Source of the DNA: Candidatus Sericytochromatia bacterium
Lineage (GTDB): Bacteria > Cyanobacteriota > Sericytochromatia > S15B-MN24 > JAQBPE01
Assembly (NCBI GenBank): GCA_035285325.1
Contig: JAYKJB010000117.1
Location: 832 to 64,831, forward strand
Length of the DNA: 64,000 nt
Direction of reading: 5' to 3'
Shown: positions 9,539 to 18,256 of the stretch, in pieces
Position numbering within the stretch: position 1 is the first letter of the stretch
Layout: each line of letters begins with the position of its first letter
Notes under the pieces: generated by a model
Told to the model about the DNA's origin: nothing
The model's input: the letters and a program-made list of their open reading frames with translations, nothing else
Databases searched by the model: none
Position numbers and translations under genes: made by a program

Positions 9539-10848
9539 GCCCGACCGGCGCCCCTACCACCCCGGAGACCCCCGCGCGGACAGGCCTCGGACAGGCGTTC
9601 TGCCGCTCCCTGGTGCTGAAAGGCTTCGCGGCCCTTCAGCGTGGCACCCTCACCCTGCACGAGGGAGGTCAGCGCCACACCTTCGGGGGCCGCGAACGGG
9701 CGGACCTGCAAGCCGAACTGACCATTCGGGATGGTGCGGCCTGGCGTCGCATCGCGCTGGGGGGCTCACTCGGCGCGGCTGAGGCCTATCTGCGCGGGGA
9801 ATGGGTCAGCCAGGACCTGCCCAGCCTGATTCGCCTGTTCGCGGCCAACCTGGCGGTTGCCGACGAGATGGAATCGACGCTCTCGCGCCTGCTGAACCTG
9901 CCCCAGGCCCTGGCGCACCGCCTGCGTCGCAACAGCCGGCAGGGGAGCCGCCGCAACATCCGCGACCACTACGACCTGGGCAACGACTTCTTCGCGCTGT
10001 TCCTCGACCCCAGCCTGACCTACTCCTGCGCCTGGTTCGACACGCCCGACACCCCGCTCGAGGCGGCCTCGATCGCCAAGCTTGACCGCGTCTGTCGCAA
10101 GCTGGCCCTGGGACCGAACGACCGCGTGGTCGAGATCGGCAGCGGTTGGGGCAGCTTCGCCCTGCACGCGGCCGGTCACTATGGCTGCCACGTCACGACC
10201 ACGACCATCTCGGACGCCCAGTATGAGGTGGCGTCCCGGCGCATCGCGGAGGCCGGCCTGACGGAGCGCATCACCCTGCTCAAGCAGGATTACCGCACCC
10301 TGACGGGCCAGTTCGACAAGCTCGTCTCGATCGAGATGATCGAGGCCGTGGGCGCGGACTTCATGGACGACTACTTCGCGACCCTGAGCCGCCTGCTGCG
10401 CCCGGATGGCCAGCTGCTGATCCAGGCCATCACCATGCCGGAGCAGCGTTTCGCGGCCTACCTGCGCTCGGTGGATTACATCCAGCACTATGTCTTCCCG
10501 GGCAGTGCCCTGACCTCGATCGGCGCCATGGCGCGCGCGGTCGGCCAGGCCACCGACCTGGGTTTCTTCCACGTGGAGGACATGTCCGCCCACTACGCGC
10601 GCACCCTGCAGTGCTGGCGCGACACCTTTCTGGCCCGCCGCGAGGCGGTGCTGGCGCTCGGCCCTTACGACGAACGCTTCATCCGCCTGTGGGACTACTA
10701 CCTGGCCTACTGCGAGGCCGGGTTCGCCGAACGCTGCACCGGCGTGGTACAGCTGGTGCTGACCAAGCCGGGCTGCCGCCGCGGCCCCATCGAGCTGCCG
10801 CTGCCAGCGGTAGCTTCTCAGGAGACGCCCAGCCTGGCCGTGGTCTAG
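9535..10848 (+). CDS. cfa: Cyclopropane-fatty-acyl-phospholipid synthase family methyltransferase
   Basis: SAM motif VVEIGSGWGSFALHAA, CFA-synthase C-terminal YDERFIRLWDYYLAYCEAGF. A 4-bp ATGA overlap with the desaturase stop implies translational coupling. Confidence 0.85.
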   Translation: MSPTGAPTTPETPARTGLGQAFCRSLVLKGFAALQRGTLTLHEGGQRHTFGGRERADLQAELTIRDGAAWRRIALGGSLGAAEAYLRGEWVSQDLPSLIRLFAANLAVADEMESTLSRLLNLPQALAHRLRRNSRQGSRRNIRDHYDLGNDFFALFLDPSLTYSCAWFDTPDTPLEAASIAKLDRVCRKLALGPNDRVVEIGSGWGSFALHAAGHYGCHVTTTTISDAQYEVASRRIAEAGLTERITLLKQDYRTLTGQFDKLVSIEMIEAVGADFMDDYFATLSRLLRPDGQLLIQAITMPEQRFAAYLRSVDYIQHYVFPGSALTSIGAMARAVGQATDLGFFHVEDMSAHYARTLQCWRDTFLARREAVLALGPYDERFIRLWDYYLAYCEAGFAERCTGVVQLVLTKPGCRRGPIELPLPAVASQETPSLAVV

Positions 10849-11495
10849 GCCCCGCCCAGCATCCGCCAGACGGCCAACTGCACGTCCTGGAAGAAGCGCG
10901 TCTGCCGCAGCCAGGCATCGCCCAGCAGATAGCCCCCGATGCCGAGGGCGGCAGCGGCCAGCACCATCGGCAAGCCCGTGCCCAGCAGGCCGCCCAGCAT
11001 CGCCGTGCCGGCGGCGGAGGCCAGCGCCCCGGTGGTGCCACCGACCACCGAGGCCATCGCGTCGCCCACCACGTTCACGCCGGCCTGAGCCCCCGTGATG
11101 CGACGCTCGGCCAGCGCCCACAGATTCAAGCCGAGGGAGAGGCCCGTGCCCCAGAGCGCCGAGGACCGGATCGCGTTGCCCAGTCGCCCCAGCACGCGCG
11201 AACTGGCTCCCATGCCCACTTCGGCCCCGCCGCGTCGGCTGTAGCTGCTGCGGAACTGGCCGTAGCGATCGTAGCTGCCGCCGTAACCGCCGTAATCCCC
11301 GGCATAGCGGGGACGGCTGCGCCGGCGCGCCGCACTGAGGGCCTTCTGCCAGGCCCGTCCGCTCTGCAAGCCGGCCACCGTGCCCGGCACGAGCTGCGCC
11401 ATCTCGGCGAGCGGCAGGCCGGGCGAGGCTGAGGCCACCGTCGCGGGCGCAGGGCCTGCGGCGGGCGTGCCGGGAAGGGAAGGGCTGACCAACAT
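10845..11495 (-). CDS. Glycine-rich membrane protein, hypothetical
   Basis: GAGGAGA RBS 7 nt upstream of the ATG at 11495. N-terminal Gly/Tyr/Arg-rich region and a C-terminal Gly/Ala-rich hydrophobic segment. High GC3. Confidence 0.5.
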   Translation of the reverse strand: MLVSPSLPGTPAAGPAPATVASASPGLPLAEMAQLVPGTVAGLQSGRAWQKALSAARRRSRPRYAGDYGGYGGSYDRYGQFRSSYSRRGGAEVGMGASSRVLGRLGNAIRSSALWGTGLSLGLNLWALAERRITGAQAGVNVVGDAMASVVGGTTGALASAAGTAMLGGLLGTGLPMVLAAAALGIGGYLLGDAWLRQTRFFQDVQLAVWRMLGGA

Positions 11496-11796
11496 GATGA
11501 TTCTCCTCTGGCTTGTCGCTCATGTCTGGTCGGGCGGTTACAGCCGAGTAACAAGATCGGGAAAATCGTCCTAAGATTCTGTTAAATATCCGTCAAGAGA
11601 GCACCAAAAAACGTTCGCGCGTCAAGACCGTTCCTGCAAGCCCACTCTCCTCGCCTCGCGCCGCTCCCCGCGCAGGGCGCTCCCTGGCAGTCCGATGAAA
11701 AAACGGCATAATGAAAACCCAGGCTCGGCTCACCCTCACAGACCGCGGCCTGCCGCCCGTTTCCTGTCCCTGCTCCTGTTCGAGGAACGCTTCCCG
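11496..11796. promoter_or_regulatory. Low-GC divergent intergenic region upstream of msrB and the Gly-rich membrane protein gene
   Basis: gggaaaatcgtcctaagattctgttaaatatccgtcaagagagcaccaaaaaac. The only other markedly AT-enriched 300 bp in this part of the window. Confidence 0.3.
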
Positions 11797-12384
11797 ATGC
11801 TGCGCGCCCACCGATTCTTCTCCCTGCCCACGGCCAGCCTGCTGCTCGCGATGCTGGTGGCCTGCAGCGGCATCCCGGCCGAAAGTGCCCCCACCCCGGC
11901 CGGCAGCGCCGCCTACTCGGGGGCGCGAGTCAGCCTGAGCCCGGCTGCCTGGCGGGCGCGGCTCTCGCCCGAGGCCTATCGGGTGCTACGCGAGAAGGGC
12001 ACCGAACGAGCCTTCAGCGGCGCCCTCTGGAACGAGCACGGCACGGGCACCTACCAGTGTGCCGGCTGTGACTTGCCGGTGTTCGCTTCCGAGAGCAAGT
12101 TCGAATCCGGTACGGGCTGGCCCAGCTTCTTTCAGCCGCACACCCCCGGCCACGTGCGCGAAGCCCCGGATGACAGCCTCTGGATGAAGCGCACGGAGGT
12201 CTTGTGCGCCCGCTGCGACGGCCACCTGGGACACGTCTTTTCGGATGGGCCTGCGCCCACTGGCCTGCGCTACTGCATCAACTCGGCGGCCTTGCGCTTC
12301 GTGCCAAAGGCGCAGACGGGAGCTCCCAAGCTGTTCAAGCGAGGCGGAACGCCGGCAACCGCCCCCAGGCCAGGGAGCAGATGA
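11797..12384 (+). CDS. msrB: Peptide-methionine (R)-S-oxide reductase MsrB with lipoprotein signal peptide
   Basis: GAGGAA RBS. Lipobox [11 protein letters not shown]. SelR domain with CxxC...CxxC zinc motif ([19 protein letters not shown]) and the GWPSF motif. Confidence 0.85.
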   Translation: MLRAHRFFSLPTASLLLAMLVACSGIPAESAPTPAGSAAYSGARVSLSPAAWRARLSPEAYRVLREKGTERAFSGALWNEHGTGTYQCAGCDLPVFASESKFESGTGWPSFFQPHTPGHVREAPDDSLWMKRTEVLCARCDGHLGHVFSDGPAPTGLRYCINSAALRFVPKAQTGAPKLFKRGGTPATAPRPGSR

Positions 12385-12399
12385 CGGCAGAACCTGATC

Positions 12400-13809
12400 T
12401 CAGGCCATTTCGATAGCGCGGCGCTGCATGTCGAGGAAGACGCGCAGTTGCTCGCGGGTGAGCCGCCCCTGAGAGACCAGCACCTGGCCCAGGGGCGTGC
12501 CACTCCGTTCGGCTTCGTCCAGCGCCTGAGCGAGCTGCGAAGGTTTGATCACGCCGTGTTCCACCAGGAACAGCCCCAGCGGGCGCGGGCCACTGCCTTC
12601 CACGCTCAGGCGCGATTGCAGGGCCACGGCAAAATTGAGCTTGGTCTCGTCGATATAGCCCAGTTCCAGCGCCAGCTGGCCGAAGGCGATGTGCTTGCCC
12701 AGCCGCCGACGCCGGATCTGCTCGACCACCACGTGCTGGAGTTGCTCGTGCGAGAGGATATCCTCGCGCTGAAGGATGGCGCCCAGTAGCGATCGCAACC
12801 CCGCGCCGCCCATGGCCGAGCCGATCGCCGGCAACAGGTTCGGATCGCCGGCCGACTCCCCGGGACGCAGGTGCGGTGCCGCAGCCGGACGTCCTTCCGC
12901 TTGCGTCTGGCTGGATCCCGCCTCGCCCCCCGGGACGGGATTGAGTTCGAAGGCCTGCAGCACCCGCGGGCTGGTCAGCCCCTCGGCCACGATCAGCTCC
13001 CGCAGGGGGCCCCCCTCCTTGGCGTGCCGGTCCAGCACCACCAGCATGGAGACGGGAGAGACCAGGTCCAGCTGGAGCAGGTGGTCGACGAACATGCGAT
13101 CCAACGGGTCGAGCCGCTGCATCTGGTGCTGAAACGCCAGCGTGAAGTTCAGCTGGTAGGGCTCGAGCAAGCCGAGCATGACACAGGTTTCGCCCAGCTT
13201 CAGGCGTTTGCCGGCCGCAAGGCTGCGCTGCTGAGCCCGCAAGGCGGCCTCGAGTTCATTGCGGCCGAGCAGCCCCTGGCGGGCCAGAATCAGGCCAAAC
13301 AGTGGCCCCTGGAGCGTCGCCGCCGGGTCGACCGAGGGGTCCGCCGCAGGCAACGGGGCGCAGAACAGTCCAATGCCCTCCTTCACCCCACTCAGCTGGC
13401 GCAATACCAGATCGCCCACCTCCACCGCCACCTCGGCCTCGGGCCACAGCCACCACATGCCATCGCGCAGCGGAATGGGTGCCTCCTCGGACTCATCGAC
13501 GCCCGGCCCGATCCAGGCGCTGGGAATCACCATGGCTCCCCCGTTCGAGAGTTCGAAGGCCCACAGACCGCTCTGCAGCCGCCGCACCTCCAGCGCCCGC
13601 ACGTCCGGAGCCCCGAGCTCGGGGCCCACCGCCGTGGCCCAGACCGCCAGCAGGGTTTCGCGCGCCGCCAGGAAACCCGCGCGCACGCGCGCCTCCTCCT
13701 CGGACGCAGGCTTGCTGTCCTGATTGAAGGAGCTGATGCGAAGCGCCCATTCCCGCCCCGAATGCCACACCGTCGCCTCGGCCGGCATGCGTCCGGGCCT
13801 GAGTACCAT
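12400..13809 (-). CDS. Hypothetical protein with tandem T2SS-GspE-N-terminal-like (MshEN-type) domains
   Basis: Three repeats of the pattern L(S/T)xEQL..AL..Q...G.(R/K)LGE.L...G.I....L..AL. Start taken at the internal ATG at 13809. Confidence 0.45.
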   Translation of the reverse strand: MVLRPGRMPAEATVWHSGREWALRISSFNQDSKPASEEEARVRAGFLAARETLLAVWATAVGPELGAPDVRALEVRRLQSGLWAFELSNGGAMVIPSAWIGPGVDESEEAPIPLRDGMWWLWPEAEVAVEVGDLVLRQLSGVKEGIGLFCAPLPAADPSVDPAATLQGPLFGLILARQGLLGRNELEAALRAQQRSLAAGKRLKLGETCVMLGLLEPYQLNFTLAFQHQMQRLDPLDRMFVDHLLQLDLVSPVSMLVVLDRHAKEGGPLRELIVAEGLTSPRVLQAFELNPVPGGEAGSSQTQAEGRPAAAPHLRPGESAGDPNLLPAIGSAMGGAGLRSLLGAILQREDILSHEQLQHVVVEQIRRRRLGKHIAFGQLALELGYIDETKLNFAVALQSRLSVEGSGPRPLGLFLVEHGVIKPSQLAQALDEAERSGTPLGQVLVSQGRLTREQLRVFLDMQRRAIEMA

Positions 13810-14247
13810 GAGCGAAGGCGTTGCGGTCACGAGGTGGCTCCTCTGGGGTCGGCCCGGCAGCCAGGCGCCCACTGGCGCCGCGCGGGATGACAGGGCCGAA
13901 AGCGGCTGCCTCCAGCATACCCGAAGGCGCGCCGCTTGATTCGCGGCGAGGAGCAGAGGGCCGAATTTGCCCCGCATTCCAAAGAAACCAGGGAGTGAGG
14001 GGAAGCGACTTGCAGTGAAATGGTTTCGAAGCGGGAATGGTGTTGAGGGGCCCCGAGCGAGGGGGGTGCCCTCGCCCCTTCATCCGCAGGAACGACGCCC
14101 TTTTCCGATGACCCCCGACCCGACCACCGCTCCTTGCTGTCACGACCAGCAGTACAACAACCGCGCCCGAGTGCCCCAGGCCGAGGCCCACCTGGCCGAC
14201 CCGGCCCAGCGCCTCCACCGCCTGACCCGCGACTGGTTGACCCAGCC

Positions 14248-15432
14248 CTAGGCCGCGGCCGGCTGCCCCGCCGCCGGGGCCGGGGCGACGCGGAAGGCCC
14301 GCAAGAAGAAGGCCGGCATGCGCCCGCTGGCCAACCAGATCAGCGAAGGAATCATCTCCAGGCCGATGCGCCAGGCCAGCGGCAGCTGCCCGTTGAAGAA
14401 CCAGTACTTGTCGGAGCAGGCAAAGCAGATCACCACCGTCACGGCCAGCACCAGCAGGGCGATCACGTTGTCCTCCCGGTGCCGCTCCCAGTCGTGGGGC
14501 AGCCCCCGGACCTCCGACTTGTAGAGGGCGTAGCCGTTCACCAGGTCGAGCACCGGATAGAACGAGAACAGCACCAGCAACTCCAGGTGATAGCCCCACA
14601 AGAAATGGCCGGGATCGATGGTGAGCAGGCGATGGAAGATGTAGGGCAGCGTGATGAAGCAGCAGGCCAGGCTGAACAGGTGCTGACCGAAAATCAGGCG
14701 CGTGGGCACCCCACGCAGCGCGTTGATGTGACACCCGACGCTGAGAAACGACACGCCGAAGGCGCCGATGAAGCCGAGCGACATGAGCGATTTATCGCCG
14801 TGGGAGCCACCGGCGTGCGCCGCGGTGATCAGGCTCGGAAAGCCGAAATCGCCGGCCAGCTGGGTGAAGAAGAGGATCAAGCCGGTGGCCGCCATCAGGT
14901 AGACGTTGGTGAGCAGCATACGCGACACCGCCAGCCGGATCGAGGCCGCGGCCCGGCTGGTCAGGAACATGGCACACAGCGAGATGCAGGAGATACCGCC
15001 GAACACGTGCATGAAGTCGACCAGCAGGCGGGAAAGCGCATGGTCCCCCGTGAGCGAATGGCGGGTGAAGATGGCGTGGATCGGCGCGGCCTGATAGGCC
15101 GGCAGCAGGTGCTCGCCATCGCCGATCGGGGCCGTGAACAGGGACTCACCCGGCTGGGTGCGGGGCGCGGGGGCGGGGGCGGGCGGCAGTTGCGCCACGC
15201 GCTGGCGCAGCAACTGGGAAAAGGCCGTGCCCTCGGGGCGACCGGCCGCCATGCGCCAGGCCTCGGCGCCAGCCTCGAAGGTGAGCCAGCCGGCCAGGAT
15301 CAGGATCAGGGCCAGCAGGCCCTTGGACAGGTTGGAAAGCGACGCCACGGCAGAACTCCAAGGGAAAGAACGGCACCTCGCGCCGTCCGGACGGTGAGGG
15401 ACGGGCTGTTGCCGCCACCCAGGTGGCGGCAA
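14248..15432 (-). CDS. Polytopic membrane protein of unknown function, last gene of the lipoxygenase cluster
   Basis: Multiple hydrophobic helices (LLALILILAGW, LCAMFLTS, LILFFTQLAG, VLFSFYPVLDLV, VLAVTVVICFACS). Immediately downstream of the lipoxygenase gene on the same strand. Start uncertain. Confidence 0.55.
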   Translation of the reverse strand: MPPPGWRQQPVPHRPDGARCRSFPWSSAVASLSNLSKGLLALILILAGWLTFEAGAEAWRMAAGRPEGTAFSQLLRQRVAQLPPAPAPAPRTQPGESLFTAPIGDGEHLLPAYQAAPIHAIFTRHSLTGDHALSRLLVDFMHVFGGISCISLCAMFLTSRAAASIRLAVSRMLLTNVYLMAATGLILFFTQLAGDFGFPSLITAAHAGGSHGDKSLMSLGFIGAFGVSFLSVGCHINALRGVPTRLIFGQHLFSLACCFITLPYIFHRLLTIDPGHFLWGYHLELLVLFSFYPVLDLVNGYALYKSEVRGLPHDWERHREDNVIALLVLAVTVVICFACSDKYWFFNGQLPLAWRIGLEMIPSLIWLASGRMPAFFLRAFRVAPAPAAGQPAAA

Positions 15433-15441
15433 CAGCTGGGA

Positions 15442-16968
15442 TCAGTAACTGATCGAGGCCTTCCAGCGGTGCGGCTGCAGGCGCAGGAAGGGAATCGCAC
15501 GGGCCTGGTTCTCGGCGGCCAGGGTCTCATCCAGCTGCCCCAGCGCGTGCTGCAGGCCCATCAAGGAGGCCCGCAGCCGCGCGTCGGCCACCTTGGCGTC
15601 GAGGTCCATGGTCATCAGGAAGTTGCCGCCGTTATCGAAGCGTCCGGCATAGGCGCCCTGGTCGAACAGGAACACGTCCACCGCACGCGGCGGGTCCTGG
15701 TTCTCCGTCAGCAGGTTGTTGATGTGGATCAGCTTCTTGTGAGCCGGCACGTTCGACATGGTGAACGGTGAGAAGTCGCCGCAGACCTCATGCGAGACGT
15801 TCAGGTACAGGATCACCGTCAGCACCTCGACCAGCCGGTCGAGCGAGGCCAGCGGCAGGGCCTTCTGGCTGGCATCGGGCAGCAAGGCCACCAGCTGGGT
15901 GTACCAGGCCTGCAGGGCCGCATCGGCCGCCACCGCCGCATCGTCCCGATACACGGGCCCCACGTGGTTGCGCACGAAGGCTTCGAAGGTGTCCCAGATG
16001 CGCGGGGCGATCGCCACGTAGGGGTGATGGGGAATCCCGTCGATGCCCCGCTCGGCGATGTCCTTGCGCGGAATCAGCTGGTTCAGGCGGTAGCTCGGCA
16101 CGAAATTCTCGAAGGCCCGGCCCACCTGCTCGCCGGTGATGAAGTTCGACTGGATGAAGTAGCTGGCCGGCGTGACCAGCAACTTGAAGGCGAAGTCGTT
16201 GACCACCAGCGTGCCGTAGGTGAAGAAGTCCAGAAAGGGCCGCAGCGCGTGCTGAGCGGGCAGGGCCAGGGTCGAGATGGCGTAGGCCTGACCGGTGATC
16301 AGGTGGGTGTGTGCCAGGTGCCGCAAAAAGACGGTGAAGCGGGCGTCCAGCGCGTTGAAGACGAACTTGGCGCGTTCCCAGTCGGCATCGCCCGGGCGGC
16401 TGAGCCGATCGCCCCGGCGGATCGAGGCGACCCGAAACTGCTCGCCCTCGACCACAAAGGTGCCCACCACCGGCTCCATGATGCCGGCGAAGTGGGGTCC
16501 GAAATCGACCTCGTAGCGACCTTCCTGCACCCGCTGCAGCAGGAAGGGATTGGGGCCTTGCAGGCGCATGGCCGCAAAGGCGGCGTCATCGTGAATGTCA
16601 TTCCAGCCCTCGTCATGGGCCGGAAAGGGCGGATAGGGCATGGCGTCAGGCGACCAGGGCACTTCGGCCGACATGGGCGCGAGGCGCAGGGCATTGAACA
16701 CCACGCCGTCGAGGATGTAATAGGGCGCGATGTACTCGATCGACAGATGATTGGGGGCTGGGATGTAGCTGGGCACCTTGAGCGCCTCAGGCAGGATGCT
16801 GGAGCGGTAGTGCGAGCGCGCCGAAACGATCGGCGGCAGGCCCGCCGGTCGCGCGACCGGGTGCCGGAAGGTCTTGCGTGCCCAGATCTGCAAGGCGTTG
16901 CGGTTGACCTTGCGGGTGTCCAGAACCGCCTGGATTTTCAGGCGATCAACGAGGCCGAACGTCTTCAA
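15442..16968 (-). CDS. Lipoxygenase (bacterial mini-LOX, no PLAT domain)
   Basis: MRLQGPNPFLL motif, iron-ligand helix HLAHTHLI (H-x4-H), and a third His region NVSHEV. Start placed at the TTG after the GGGAGGG RBS. About 508 aa. The C-terminus is ...SISY rather than a terminal Ile. Confidence 0.8.
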   Translation of the reverse strand: MKTFGLVDRLKIQAVLDTRKVNRNALQIWARKTFRHPVARPAGLPPIVSARSHYRSSILPEALKVPSYIPAPNHLSIEYIAPYYILDGVVFNALRLAPMSAEVPWSPDAMPYPPFPAHDEGWNDIHDDAAFAAMRLQGPNPFLLQRVQEGRYEVDFGPHFAGIMEPVVGTFVVEGEQFRVASIRRGDRLSRPGDADWERAKFVFNALDARFTVFLRHLAHTHLITGQAYAISTLALPAQHALRPFLDFFTYGTLVVNDFAFKLLVTPASYFIQSNFITGEQVGRAFENFVPSYRLNQLIPRKDIAERGIDGIPHHPYVAIAPRIWDTFEAFVRNHVGPVYRDDAAVAADAALQAWYTQLVALLPDASQKALPLASLDRLVEVLTVILYLNVSHEVCGDFSPFTMSNVPAHKKLIHINNLLTENQDPPRAVDVFLFDQGAYAGRFDNGGNFLMTMDLDAKVADARLRASLMGLQHALGQLDETLAAENQARAIPFLRLQPHRWKASISY

Positions 16969-18256
16969 GGTGTGCCCTCCCAACAGGCAATTCGGGCTTC
17001 GTGGCGATGACGGGAGTGCCCCGCAGCGCCCGGGCCCACTGACCGAACTGATACAGGCGCACCCGCGCCCAGGCCACGGAGCGATAATCCTGTGCGCTCG
17101 TGGCGTGAAAGATCCCCAGGCCCGGCGGCTGGTGCGCCAGGGTGAAGGTGGTGCGGTCCGTTTCCTCGGGCGTCATGGCCGCCTCGAGCCGGATGTGGGC
17201 CAGGTCGCGCCAGGGGTGGCGGGCCTCGTCCCAGGGCCGGTTGAGGTGCAGCAGTTCCTGCGTATCGCCGTCGGCGGGCTCGCGCACCTGAATTTGCAGC
17301 ATGTAGTCGACCGGGCCCTGACGCAGGCGCGTCTGCCACTCCTGGCGCAGGTAGTCGGTGGGCCGATCGTCCTCCGGGTTGCGCTGCATGTTCCAGACCT
17401 GGGCCTGGCGGGCCGCATCGGGCAGGCCGCTTTCCTGGCCCAGGTCCGGCCGGCGCAGGCGGTAGCGGCAGTAGCGCAGGCGCCCGTCACGCCCCTCGTA
17501 GGGAAAGACCACCTGGGAGGTGTAAACCAGGTCGGCGTAGGAATCCGGCGCCTCACGCACCGATTCGATCCAGCTGATGTAATAGGCGGGCAACTCGTCC
17601 ATCAGCCGGCCCTGCGCGGCGAAGTCGCCCACTTCGGGCCGGCTGGCCAGGCGCGACTTGGAGAAGCGCACGAAGCTGTCCACGCTCCAGAGCGGGCCCT
17701 GGGTGCCGCTGTTGAAGATCATATCGAACGGGCTTTCCATGTCGCGGTCGCTGAACTTGAGGGCACACCCGCGCAGGGTGCAGGCCGCGTCGTCGTTGAA
17801 GGAACCGTTGGCATGGCGCAAGCGGCAAGCAAAGCGCCGTCCGGGCTGGAAGAAGGGGTGCTCGGGGATGTCCAGCTGCGACACGATGGTGGCCGTGCCA
17901 CGCGCGCCCACCCCCACCGGATGGGTGCCGCGGGTGCCGGTCTTGAGCCCGTGCAGCGCGAAGGCGGCAGCCAGGCCGTAGGTCTCGACGCGCAGGTTGA
18001 GCGCCCCCGCCAGGTTGCCGTCGGCCACCGGACCGTAGCAGCGAGCGGCCGCTGCGGCCCAGTTGGCCTCGCCGTTGCGCGCCTTCCAGAGTTCCACGCC
18101 CAGGTTACGCCAGGCGCCCTGGGTCGCGGCCAGCGGACTGGGCTCGACCGGCAACGGGCCGGCGTGGGGCGGCAGATCGATGCGATAGACCTTCAATGCG
18201 AGCCTCCCACGAACGGAGCAAGGTGGAACCAGGCCTTGGGCAAGAGCGTCAACCAC
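16946..18256 (-). CDS. Catalase-related heme protein (allene-oxide-synthase/hydroperoxide-lyase-like)
   Basis: Catalase distal-His core TH-PVGVGARGTATIV aligns with catalase VVHAKGAGAFGYFEV. R-L-R-Y-C-R-Y-R-L resembles the proximal-Tyr segment RLFSY.DT.R.RLG. About 430 aa, shorter than true catalases. Overlaps the LOX gene start by about 23 bp. Confidence 0.6.
   Translation of the reverse strand: MVDALAQGLVPPCSVRGRLALKVYRIDLPPHAGPLPVEPSPLAATQGAWRNLGVELWKARNGEANWAAAAARCYGPVADGNLAGALNLRVETYGLAAAFALHGLKTGTRGTHPVGVGARGTATIVSQLDIPEHPFFQPGRRFACRLRHANGSFNDDAACTLRGCALKFSDRDMESPFDMIFNSGTQGPLWSVDSFVRFSKSRLASRPEVGDFAAQGRLMDELPAYYISWIESVREAPDSYADLVYTSQVVFPYEGRDGRLRYCRYRLRRPDLGQESGLPDAARQAQVWNMQRNPEDDRPTDYLRQEWQTRLRQGPVDYMLQIQVREPADGDTQELLHLNRPWDEARHPWRDLAHIRLEAAMTPEETDRTTFTLAHQPPGLGIFHATSAQDYRSVAWARVRLYQFGQWARALRGTPVIATKPELPVGRAHLEDVRPR

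Noticed and set aside
9766-11523. 585-aa minus-strand ORF
   Set aside because: It lies antisense to cfa, has an R/G/A-rich composition and no motifs. It is a GC-driven artefact; the real minus-strand gene is the shorter 10845..11495.
14134-15771. 545-aa plus-strand ORF across the LOX-cluster membrane gene
   Set aside because: It is antisense to a well-supported hydrophobic membrane protein. Its composition (R/G/Q/E/D/H runs) is typical of spurious high-GC ORFs.
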